A DNA stretch of 64,000 nucleotides, taken from the NCBI GenBank assembly GCA_964418255.1, contig CAYQKV010000005.1, positions 16,956 to 80,955 of the forward strand, read 5' to 3'. The stretch comes from an uncultured Christensenella sp. (lineage in GTDB: Bacteria > Bacillota > Clostridia > Christensenellales > DTU072). A program made the translations under genes and the position numbers. Numbering within the stretch: the first letter of the stretch is position 1; every line of letters begins with the position of its first letter. Positions 57,010 to 64,000 of the stretch are shown one piece after another. The notes under the pieces were generated by a model. That model did not search any database. It saw only the letters and a list, made by a program, of their open reading frames with translations, and was not told the origin of the DNA.

Positions 57010-58545
57010 CTAATATACGTCGGGAATATCGTTCTGCAACAGAAGTATATCGCCGTATTTGACGTTTTCTTTTATTATTTTTTGCACTTCCTTAAAGTTT
57101 CTCGCGCGAATTATACGTCCCGAAAAATTGCGCATTTTAAGTCCGTTAAGAATATATTTCGAGTTTACGCCGCACAACACCACGACATCCGCGCTTGACG
57201 ACAGTTCCGCCCCTATATTCTCGTTAACCCGCTTTGCGTCCGCGCCGAGCTCGACTATCCCTTGCGACACGACGATACGCCTCCCCCGAAAACACGACAG
57301 AACTTCGAGCGCGCTTTTTACTCCGAAAATGTTTCCGTTATAAGCGTCGTCGAGAATATGTACGCCGTTGGCATAGATATACTCTAATCTATGCTTTATT
57401 TGCGGCAATTTTTCTATTTTTTTTACGATTTTTTCAGCTTTACACCCAAGTTCTATTGCCATAGCCGCACACATAACGATATTCTGAACATTGTGCCGTC
57501 CAAGCAAAGCCGTTTTGCAGCTATATCTATTTTCCCCGACGTTAAGCGTAAATTCGCTTCCTTTTTCGCTCAGGCTTATATCGGAAGCAAAGACGTCGGC
57601 TTTCTTATAACTCCCTGCGGATACTTTCCTTCCCTTATGTTCTTTCCACATTTTAAGAACGTTCTTATCGTTGATATTGAACACGCACGTTCCGCCGTTT
57701 CCCGCAACGGCTTGCGCCAGCTTAAATTTTTCCTCATAAATATTGTCAATACAGCCGAAATATTCGAGATGCTGCCTGCATACTCCGGTTATTATCCCGT
57801 AATCGGGCGGAAACAGCGAACAAAGTTCTTCTATGTCGCCCACTTTTCTCGCTCCGAATTCGGCGATAAAAACCTGCTCGTCGCCTTTGAGCTTATCTAT
57901 ACTTAACGCTACTCCCATCGGCGTGTTGTAGTTCTTATCCGTAACCGCAACAGAAAAATCGTCCGAAAGAAAAAATTCAAGCGTTTTTTTACAACTCGTT
58001 TTTCCATAACTTCCTGTAATTCCTATCACTATCGGTTTTATTGCCGATAACTTCTCTTTTTGCGCGTTTACAAATTTTCTATTTTTGCACTCATACACCG
58101 AATTTAACGGTAGTTCTATAAGTTTAATAATTATGGGCAAGCCCAGATTTATACAACATATTCCAAGCGATAAAATATATATATTTTTCGCAAATATTGC
58201 CAAAAGCGCACATATCAAAAAATACGAAAAATAGCAGAGAATCGCAAATTTTGTTCCACGGACGGTAAATTTGAATTTTGTTCTGTAAGTCAAAATTTTC
58301 AGAACGGTGAAAATTGCCGACAAAACCGCCGCCGAGATAGCGGCAAAGATGATTTTGCCGTCGACGAACATAGAAAGCGCCGTAAGGATAAAAATCAAGC
58401 ACGTCGCCACCGCCGTTGGAAGATAAAAATTAAGAGTTACCCTGTTAAAAGGCAAAGAATACGCGTTATTTTGACTTAGGCATAGGTATCTTAATAGTCC
58501 TGCCGCGCCCGCGATTACCAAAGCTCCCGTTACAATCCACCCCAT
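57010..58545 (-). CDS. murF: MurF-like UDP-MurNAc-tripeptide--D-Ala-D-Ala ligase with an N-terminal polytopic membrane domain
   Basis: Mur ligase motifs are present (GITGSYGKTS, NYNTPMGV, EFGARKVGDI, DDAYNGN). The first 165 aa or so are 4-5 hydrophobic helices in place of the usual MurF domain 1. A GGAGGA SD lies 5 nt before the ATG. Confidence 0.85.
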   Translation of the reverse strand: MGWIVTGALVIAGAAGLLRYLCLSQNNAYSLPFNRVTLNFYLPTAVATCLIFILTALSMFVDGKIIFAAISAAVLSAIFTVLKILTYRTKFKFTVRGTKFAILCYFSYFLICALLAIFAKNIYILSLGICCINLGLPIIIKLIELPLNSVYECKNRKFVNAQKEKLSAIKPIVIGITGSYGKTSCKKTLEFFLSDDFSVAVTDKNYNTPMGVALSIDKLKGDEQVFIAEFGARKVGDIEELCSLFPPDYGIITGVCRQHLEYFGCIDNIYEEKFKLAQAVAGNGGTCVFNINDKNVLKMWKEHKGRKVSAGSYKKADVFASDISLSEKGSEFTLNVGENRYSCKTALLGRHNVQNIVMCAAMAIELGCKAEKIVKKIEKLPQIKHRLEYIYANGVHILDDAYNGNIFGVKSALEVLSCFRGRRIVVSQGIVELGADAKRVNENIGAELSSSADVVVLCGVNSKYILNGLKMRNFSGRIIRARNFKEVQKIIKENVKYGDILLLQNDIPDVY

Positions 58546-59245
58546 CGCTATCCTCCGCCAAAAAGCATTTCACGATTTTGCAAAACAGACCGTGTCTTTC
58601 CACATAGGCAAAATGCCCGCATCCTTCAAAGACAATTAGTTCGCTGTTTGTCAATCTCTTTTTCAGCTTTCTTGCCATATATATGGGAGTGTCTTCATCT
58701 TTGTTACCCCAAATTATCAAAGCGGGCACGGTTATTCGCGCCAATAGTCCGCTCAAATCTTCATTGACCACGTTCTTGAATGTTTCACGCATTGTTCCGC
58801 TCATTTTTTTGTAATCGTCGCTACCCGCTTCGTGAGGGATTTTTAATTTCGTCAAAATTTTATGTCGAAAAATTTTCGCATAATAAATCGCCCCTCTTCG
58901 AGGTTTTATCCCCGCGCTGTCGACAAGAATCAATTTATTGAGTAAATAACCGTACTTTGCGGCGATTTTAATTCCCACCCTGCCGCCGAAAGAATGGCAC
59001 ACGAGGGTCACGTTTTCCATTTTATAATATCTGATTAAATTTACCACGCTTAAAGCATAGTCGTCTACCGTAAGCGGCGTATCGGGATGCGGAGTTAATC
59101 CGAAGCCGTAAAAATCGACCAACGTCACGCGATATTCATTCCATAAATTTTTTGCCAAGCCCAAAAAACTGTCGCAGTTCCCGCCCCAGCCGTGCAGACA
59201 GATAACGTCGTCTCCCCGTCCGTATTGAATATGATGAATTAAAAT
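58466..59245 (-). CDS. Alpha/beta-fold hydrolase; probable non-canonical ATT start
   Basis: It has the nucleophile elbow CHSFGG and GCGHFAY. The in-frame HGWGG oxyanion motif lies upstream of the first canonical start (TTG at 59164). A GGGAGG SD lies 5 nt before the ATT at 59245. Confidence 0.7.
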   Translation of the reverse strand: MLIHHIQYGRGDDVICLHGWGGNCDSFLGLAKNLWNEYRVTLVDFYGFGLTPHPDTPLTVDDYALSVVNLIRYYKMENVTLVCHSFGGRVGIKIAAKYGYLLNKLILVDSAGIKPRRGAIYYAKIFRHKILTKLKIPHEAGSDDYKKMSGTMRETFKNVVNEDLSGLLARITVPALIIWGNKDEDTPIYMARKLKKRLTNSELIVFEGCGHFAYVERHGLFCKIVKCFLAEDSDGVDCNGSFGNRGRGRTIKIPMPKSK

Positions 59246-59256
59246 GGAATCCTCCC

Positions 59257-59694
59257 TTACATATACAACCAGTATATGCAGGCGTCCTCCTTATCGGGAT
59301 AATATTTCGGTCTCACCCCGACGCACAGAAAACCCGCTCTTTCGTACAATCTGCGAGCGGCGGAGTTGCTTACTCGCACTTCCAATGTAAAAGCGATTAT
59401 TCCTTTTTCTTTTCCCGAAGCGATGAGTCGGCTCAATATTTCCGAGCCTATACCTACTTTTCTATACTTCGGGTCAACCGCTATATTCATTATATGCCCT
59501 TCGTCGAAAATTTGCGCAAAACCGCCGAAGCCCGCTACTTCTCCGTCGACCGTGCACACGACGTAATGTTTGCTTGCGTCGTAAATTTCGCTGCGCAAAA
59601 GTTCCTTGCTCCAACGCTCTGCGCCGAAACACCTGTTTTCGAGTTCGGAAACGGCATTTACGTTAGTTTCGTTAAGCGTGGTAAACTTTTTCAT
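59257..59694 (-). CDS. rimI: Ribosomal-protein-alanine N-acetyltransferase (GNAT)
   Basis: It has a GNAT motif A-like RKVGIGSEIL. Its position after tsaE-tsaB is typical of rimI. Confidence 0.85.
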   Translation of the reverse strand: MKKFTTLNETNVNAVSELENRCFGAERWSKELLRSEIYDASKHYVVCTVDGEVAGFGGFAQIFDEGHIMNIAVDPKYRKVGIGSEILSRLIASGKEKGIIAFTLEVRVSNSAARRLYERAGFLCVGVRPKYYPDKEDACIYWLYM

Positions 59695-59742
59695 AATAAA
59701 TTTTATTCCGGGAATGAGTAGTTATATTCTTTTATTAAAACG

Positions 59743-60294
59743 TTATTTTCTTTCTGCGGATGATTTTTTCAGGTAAAAAGGTTTCGCTTGTTCCACGAAT
59801 TGTTCCTCGGAAAATTTTTGTAGGGTTTTATTTAATAGCTTTCTCGGCGAAATTTCTTCCAAACAAATTTTCTCGCCTTCGATTTTTTCCGCCTCTTCGC
59901 CGTCAAGCGAAAAATAACTCTTTTCTTTACCGAACCTCGCGGCGTAGTAGTTTCCGTGTCCGCACGGCAAAAGGACGGTTTTATCGCTTCCGTCGTCTTC
60001 CGTTTCGAGAGAAGTGATTTCCACCGTTTTTTTTTTCAAAGCAAGACTTAACGCGTTTACCGTCGCTACGCCTATTCTTATCCCCGTAAACGAACCGGGA
60101 CCGACGCACACCCCGAAACAATCTATTTCGTTTATCGATATGCCGTTTTCGGAAAGCATATTGTCAATCGCATTGAGAAGTTCCGAGTTATGTCTTTTGC
60201 AACCGACTTCGCCCCGATAAAAGAAATCTTTTTCTCCTATTTTGAGCGCGATAATTATTCTGTCCGAAGTCGTATCCAAACTAAGTACGTTCAT
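59743..60294 (-). CDS. tsaB: tRNA t6A biosynthesis protein TsaB (short form)
   Basis: It has LSLDTTSD and GPGSFTGIRIGVATVNAL. At 183 aa, the C-terminus is shorter than typical. Confidence 0.85.
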   Translation of the reverse strand: MNVLSLDTTSDRIIIALKIGEKDFFYRGEVGCKRHNSELLNAIDNMLSENGISINEIDCFGVCVGPGSFTGIRIGVATVNALSLALKKKTVEITSLETEDDGSDKTVLLPCGHGNYYAARFGKEKSYFSLDGEEAEKIEGEKICLEEISPRKLLNKTLQKFSEEQFVEQAKPFYLKKSSAERK

Positions 60295-60701
60295 AACCCC
60301 TCCGTCACGATTTTTCTTGCCGAATCGCCGCAGTAATCAAAATTTATTTTAATAGGCTTTCTCGGAAAATCGGTAAATTTATTCCATTCTATAATGCAAA
60401 CGCCGCCCGCTTCGAAATAATCGCGAAAACCGAGTTCTTCCACGTCGTCTTCGCTTTCCGCTCTATAAAGGTCGAAATGATACAACGTAAGCCTGCCTTC
60501 CGAATACGTTTTCATCAACGTAAACGTTGGACTGGTTACGTTTTGCTCTATTCCTAGCGCTTTGGCAAAACCTTTCGTAAACGTCGTCTTTCCCGCTCCG
60601 AGTTCGCCGTCAAGCAAAATTATTTCATTCCCTTTACACGCCTCGGCTATTCTTGCGGCAAACGTCATCGTTTCGTCGGGCGATTTCGATATGAATTCCA
60701 T
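60291..60701 (-). CDS. tsaE: tRNA t6A biosynthesis ATPase TsaE
   Basis: It has the P-loop LDGELGAGKTTF, plus PTFTL and YHFDLYR. Confidence 0.9.
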   Translation of the reverse strand: MEFISKSPDETMTFAARIAEACKGNEIILLDGELGAGKTTFTKGFAKALGIEQNVTSPTFTLMKTYSEGRLTLYHFDLYRAESEDDVEELGFRDYFEAGGVCIIEWNKFTDFPRKPIKINFDYCGDSARKIVTEGL

Positions 60702-60707
60702 AAAACT

Positions 60708-60736
60708 ATTATAAATCTTTCGCCCGCCATTTGCAA
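60708..60736 (-). promoter_or_regulatory. Near-consensus promoter placed so that tsaE would be leaderless
   Basis: On the - strand, TTGCAA, a 17-nt spacer, then TATAAT. Only 6 nt (AGTTTT) follow before the ATG at 60701, and there is no SD. Confidence 0.6.
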
Positions 60737-60788
60737 TCTCTTACGGGGCATAATCGTTTTTTACTCCGTTTTATTGCCGACTGCCTTT

Positions 60789-61562
60789 TTATCGGTTCTC
60801 TTTTTCTTCCGAGCCGTCTACGTTTCCGTCGTTAAAACTTTCCTCGACACTCGTGTTTTCTTTTGTTTCTTCAGTCTTCGCCGCACTGTCTTCCGTTACT
60901 ACTTGACTCTTCTTTTTCTTTGACGGAATTTCCCAGTGCAACAGTTTTGACAAACGTTTGTATACGAGGAACGTAACGAGGCTTACGAGACCGAGCCTTA
61001 ATAGGTTAAACGGAAGAACGCCGAGGAAGATATAAAAATTGTAAAAATTGTCGCGCGTAAGCCCGTGATAAAGTCCGGAAAGCATATTTACTATGTTGTC
61101 GAAGTTGTTGTTGAAATACAGCGTAACGTAGAAAGGAATAGCAATTACTCTGTTAAAAAGCATAGACAACAGCGTCGCGGCAAGCGTGCCTATAACAAGC
61201 CCTATCACCGCGCTTTTTCTCGTTTTTTTTCTGTAATAAATTATGCTCGCAGGTAAAACGTAAGTAAGACCGAGGATTATATCCATCAGTTCCCCTACCA
61301 TTGCGGTAGATGAAAACGGCAATTTTATCAGGCATTTGATAAGTATTACCAGCGCGCCCGCGAACGGTCCCATCGAAAATCCCGCAAGCAGCGCGGGCAA
61401 TTCGGAAAACTGTATGTCTAAAAACGCGGGAAACATAAACGGCAGGCTGAATTTTGCGTACATATACAACACGAAAGATATGGCTGACAAAACCGCTATT
61501 TTCGCAATATAAGCCGTGGTAATTTTACCTCTGATTTTCTGTGCAAACTCTTTTGCTTTCAT
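60789..61562 (-). CDS. ribU: ECF-type riboflavin transporter S component (RibU/FmnP-like) with an acidic C-terminal tail
   Basis: The ATG at 61562 follows the SD AAGGAG. It resembles RibU (LDIQFSELPALLAGFSMGP, GVLPFNLLRLG). It is preceded by an FMN riboswitch. Confidence 0.85.
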   Translation of the reverse strand: MKAKEFAQKIRGKITTAYIAKIAVLSAISFVLYMYAKFSLPFMFPAFLDIQFSELPALLAGFSMGPFAGALVILIKCLIKLPFSSTAMVGELMDIILGLTYVLPASIIYYRKKTRKSAVIGLVIGTLAATLLSMLFNRVIAIPFYVTLYFNNNFDNIVNMLSGLYHGLTRDNFYNFYIFLGVLPFNLLRLGLVSLVTFLVYKRLSKLLHWEIPSKKKKSQVVTEDSAAKTEETKENTSVEESFNDGNVDGSEEKENR

Positions 61563-61582
61563 TTTTACTCCTTTTCGCTGAC

Positions 61583-61612
61583 AAAAAAAGCCCTGAATTT
61601 CAGGGCTTTTTC
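61583..61612 (-). terminator. Riboswitch expression-platform terminator
   Basis: On the - strand, AAAAAGCCCTG-AAATT-CAGGGCTTTTTTT. Confidence 0.85.
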
Positions 61613-61632
61613 TCAATCCAAAAGAAAATGTC

Positions 61633-61750
61633 GCATCTTTCTTCATCCGGACTATAACCGTCGGTGCAGGAACTTCCCCTGCTCGGCCCGAAAACTTCGG
61701 GTTCGTGGACTGTACCACCGGTGGGGATTTTCACCCCGCCCTAAAATGCT
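61633..61750 (-). promoter_or_regulatory. FMN riboswitch (RFN element) aptamer
   Basis: On the - strand, AGGGCGGGGTGAAAATCCCCACCGGTGGTA...CCGACGGTTATAGTCCGGATGAAGAAAG matches the conserved RFN core blocks. It lies upstream of ribU. Confidence 0.9.
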
Positions 61751-61768
61751 TTTTATTTAGTTTTCTTA

Positions 61769-61797
61769 ATTATACTATAGTCTTCGCTATGTGTCAA
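61769..61797 (-). promoter_or_regulatory. Consensus promoter driving the FMN riboswitch and ribU
   Basis: On the - strand, TTGACA, a 17-nt spacer, then TATAAT. The -35 lies inside the hairpin at 61791-61817. Confidence 0.65.
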
Positions 61798-61817
61798 CCG
61801 TTATTTACGGTTGACAC
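61791..61817. repeat. Perfect 11-bp-stem hairpin GTGTCAACCGT-TATTT-ACGGTTGACAC
   Basis: Read directly from the sequence. It lies 18 nt after the stop of the upstream large gene and has no U-tract. Confidence 0.85.
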
Positions 61818-61834
61818 CGAGAGAATTTGAAACT

Positions 61835-64000
61835 TTATATATTATCATACTGCTCGAATGCGATACAGTCGTAGACTCTGAGCGCGGTATTTCCCAACGC
61901 TTCGAATCCCATATAATATACTCCTTTCATAAATAGCAGGTCTTTGTTCCTTTCGTCGTCGATGACAACCGAATAGCTGTTATCTTCCACTGTGCCCATA
62001 TCGTTTCCTACGGGGATATAGGCGTAGGCTTCCGCGTAATTATCGACAAATAATATTGCCCTGTAGTTTTCGTCCGGCACGCCGCTTTCTCCTTCTCTCG
62101 CGTAGATTTCGCTGTCATCGATATATACGGAAATCATATGCTCTTCTCCGTCGCAAAGATTCAAATCCCCGAGAACCGTCTGCCTTCTGAACAATCTTCC
62201 GTATTTATAGAAGTAGAAATATAGCGTTCCGTTTGCGTATTCGAGCATAAGTCCGCGCTGTCCCTGCAATTCGAAAGACGAAGTTATATTTCTGAAATAG
62301 TACGGCGTATTCATTCCGAAATAGTATCTGAACCCGTCGCTTCCGTCGGCTTTGAATCTGATATTGAGCGCGTTGCCCGTATATGCTATCGGCACGTCGT
62401 AAATATCCGTAGCCATATAGATATTTCCCGCGGTAATCTGTCGGTCGTTTTCAAAATAACTTCCATCTATCGACGCTCCCGACGCGGGTGCGGCAGAAGA
62501 ATATTCGGCATAATCCGCTTTGGTCGTTATCGGCATACCCGTATACATATCGACAAGCCTTATCTGCGCTCCGACAAGTCCTATACCCGCGTAATGCGCC
62601 GAACCCGATTTGAACAGAGTATTTTCTATTTCCGCCCTGGAAACGGGATTTCCCGTCGTATCCTGTCCGAAACCTTCTTTCAGGCTATCTTCGAACACGA
62701 GGGAAGTTTTAGTATCGCTATGCTGATACAGTCTGAACGAAACTACGGTATCGTTCCAGATACGAACGCCGTTTTCTTCTCCTATCACACTGCCGGTATC
62801 TGTATCCGAACCAACTCTGGAAATGGTTATTCTGAGAATATTCATCACCGAGGAATCCTCTGCAAACGTAATCTCTTTTTCTTCTCCCATCCACCTTATA
62901 TTGGAATACGGATTATTCGGGTTATCCGTCGGCAGTTGTCTTGCCGCGATAATTCTCGCCGTAGTAACAACTCTTCCGTCCACGGTTTTACGCTCTATTC
63001 TCAACGCGACGCCGGACACGTCGGGAAGTTCGTCGTACCTGTTCGTAAGGTTTCTGAAATCGGTATCGGTAAGTTTGAAATACATCCATATACTACCGCT
63101 TGCCGACGTGAAATTAACGCTGTCGAACACATAAGTAAGCCCGCTCGAACCGAACATTTCGCTCTGTAAATCCGCCGTAAAGTAATAACCGTCCGTATAA
63201 ACCTGCGGCGAGTACGGGTCGACGCGATAAACTTCGTTTTCTTCATTTTCGTTGTCGTTTTCCGCTTCGAGAATAACTTTCTTCGAGGAATTCTTCGTAA
63301 CAAGCACTCTGATTTTTCTTTCGCTGATTATAAACTCCTGGTCGTTTCCGTAATTATACTTATTGGTATAAGTAATCGTATATAATCCCGGATTCATATC
63401 CACGGACGCGGGTCTGTTCGCTATATCCGTAGTTACGTCGGTCGTACTTATGACGGATTTTTCTTCGTCGTATTTGGCGTTATACGCGTCCATAGCCTCT
63501 TCGCCGCCGCTTATTGTTACGTTTCCTATCTGTCCCATAACGATGCCTATGTTTTGCGCCGTTCCCTCGTTAGTGATATACGGAATATCTTCGTCGCTTT
63601 CACCCGCCGGCCAGAACACGACGTTTGCTATATATCTTTCGTTTGTCGCCGTCGCTATCAGTCTGTTCTGAACGGTAAACTTGGAAATCATAACTTTGAG
63701 ACTGTCATAGTTTATTCCCGTTTTTCCTTCTTCCGCGAAGAACGTCGCAGTATATGCCGAACGCGTTAAAATATGCTCGTCTTCGGTATCGTCCGCATAA
63801 TCTATCGTCGATTCGGTTATTCTGTAATCGTAAGGCTCGCCTATAAAGCTGTAAAGATACGTAGTTCCGTCGACGTTTACTCTGACTGTATATACTCTGT
63901 CTGCGATAATCGTAGTGGTGTCCGTCGTCGAAGTATATAAGAGTTTTCCGTCGTCGTCCCGCACAATATTATTAAACGTATTTTTCGTATAGACCACGTT
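61835..64000 (-). CDS. Large secreted/surface protein, C-terminal part (N-terminus beyond the window), ending in a LamG/concanavalin-like lectin-fold region
   Basis: The ORF is open to nt 64000. The sequence is beta-rich and T/Y/N-rich. The C-terminal 200 aa or so (NIRFKADGSDGFRYYFG...GTLYFYFY...GEEHMISVYIDD) resemble a LamG jelly-roll. The call is tentative. Confidence 0.65.
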   Translation of the reverse strand, partial: NVVYTKNTFNNIVRDDDGKLLYTSTTDTTTIIADRVYTVRVNVDGTTYLYSFIGEPYDYRITESTIDYADDTEDEHILTRSAYTATFFAEEGKTGINYDSLKVMISKFTVQNRLIATATNERYIANVVFWPAGESDEDIPYITNEGTAQNIGIVMGQIGNVTISGGEEAMDAYNAKYDEEKSVISTTDVTTDIANRPASVDMNPGLYTITYTNKYNYGNDQEFIISERKIRVLVTKNSSKKVILEAENDNENEENEVYRVDPYSPQVYTDGYYFTADLQSEMFGSSGLTYVFDSVNFTSASGSIWMYFKLTDTDFRNLTNRYDELPDVSGVALRIERKTVDGRVVTTARIIAARQLPTDNPNNPYSNIRWMGEEKEITFAEDSSVMNILRITISRVGSDTDTGSVIGEENGVRIWNDTVVSFRLYQHSDTKTSLVFEDSLKEGFGQDTTGNPVSRAEIENTLFKSGSAHYAGIGLVGAQIRLVDMYTGMPITTKADYAEYSSAAPASGASIDGSYFENDRQITAGNIYMATDIYDVPIAYTGNALNIRFKADGSDGFRYYFGMNTPYYFRNITSSFELQGQRGLMLEYANGTLYFYFYKYGRLFRRQTVLGDLNLCDGEEHMISVYIDDSEIYAREGESGVPDENYRAILFVDNYAEAYAYIPVGNDMGTVEDNSYSVVIDDERNKDLLFMKGVYYMGFEALGNTALRVYDCIAFEQYDNI

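Noticed and set aside
60027-60036. Homopolymer tracts (A10 in tsaB at 60027-60036, A8 in the PadR gene at 14723-14730) as slipped-strand phase-variation switches.
   Set aside because: Both genes are in frame through the tract, tsaB is essential-type housekeeping, and runs of this length are common in AT-rich genomes.
61563-61718. N-terminal extension of the ribU ORF (ORF-track start at 61718). Similar extensions exist at 4763, 6696, 16127, 36794, 43018, 23311 and 29737.
   Set aside because: The ribU extension covers the FMN riboswitch and its terminator. The other extensions run into the preceding gene. In most cases (ribU, pheT, giant B, miaA, icd) the internal ATG/GTG has an SD and restores the canonical N-terminus. 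For others (16004, 29650, 4841) the internal start was chosen only to avoid the overlap.

Overview
This is a densely coding 64-kb chromosomal segment with about 45 CDS, one tRNA and one riboswitch. It contains no rRNA, CRISPR array, transposase or prophage genes. It looks like a low-to-moderate-GC Bacillota/Clostridia-type organism. The evidence for that is an IspH-S1 fusion, mutS-mutL-miaA synteny followed by a YnbB-type gene, a HemZ-type radical SAM enzyme, and strong co-orientation of genes.

Most of the content is housekeeping:
- a partial D-Ala-D-Ala carboxypeptidase and rluB
- a Na+-translocating oxaloacetate-decarboxylase operon (gamma-beta-alpha) and an HI0933-type flavoprotein
- cmk, ispH-rpsA and purB
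- tRNA-Trp, proC and rnhA
- miaB-mutS-mutL-miaA and a class A PBP
- thiI, nifS and mutS2
- a U32 peptidase and pheST
- thyA-folA-icd
- ddl-murF
- tsaE-tsaB-rimI
- ribU controlled by an FMN riboswitch

The items worth a second look are:
1. Gene-strand polarity flips at about 13.3 kb (12/12 CDS on + to the left, 29/31 on - to the right), which suggests a replication terminus. About 3 kb away sits an XerS-like long tyrosine recombinase flanked by palindromes that share a GCGAAA/TTTCGC hexamer. One of these is a perfect 12-6-12 site that could be a dif-type core site.
2. A solitary 1240-aa DUF4011-like/SF1 helicase fused to a C-terminal PD-(D/E)xK (Vsr/DUF559-like) nuclease sits head-on between thyA and ddl. 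It is a candidate single-gene defence protein of the Hhe type.
3. Two tandem giant paralogous lipoproteins (1396 and 1712 aa) carry BspA-type LRR and Listeria-Bacteroides repeats. One of them has a GLUG-like C-terminal module.
4. Several unusual gene structures are present: a membrane-tethered PadR regulator, a MurF whose N-terminal domain is replaced by a polytopic membrane domain, an alpha/beta hydrolase that apparently starts at ATT, and a probably leaderless tsaE.

I do not see an unambiguous new multi-gene system. The items above are hypotheses that need database and whole-contig checks I cannot run. All domain boundaries are approximate because they were read by eye from the translations.
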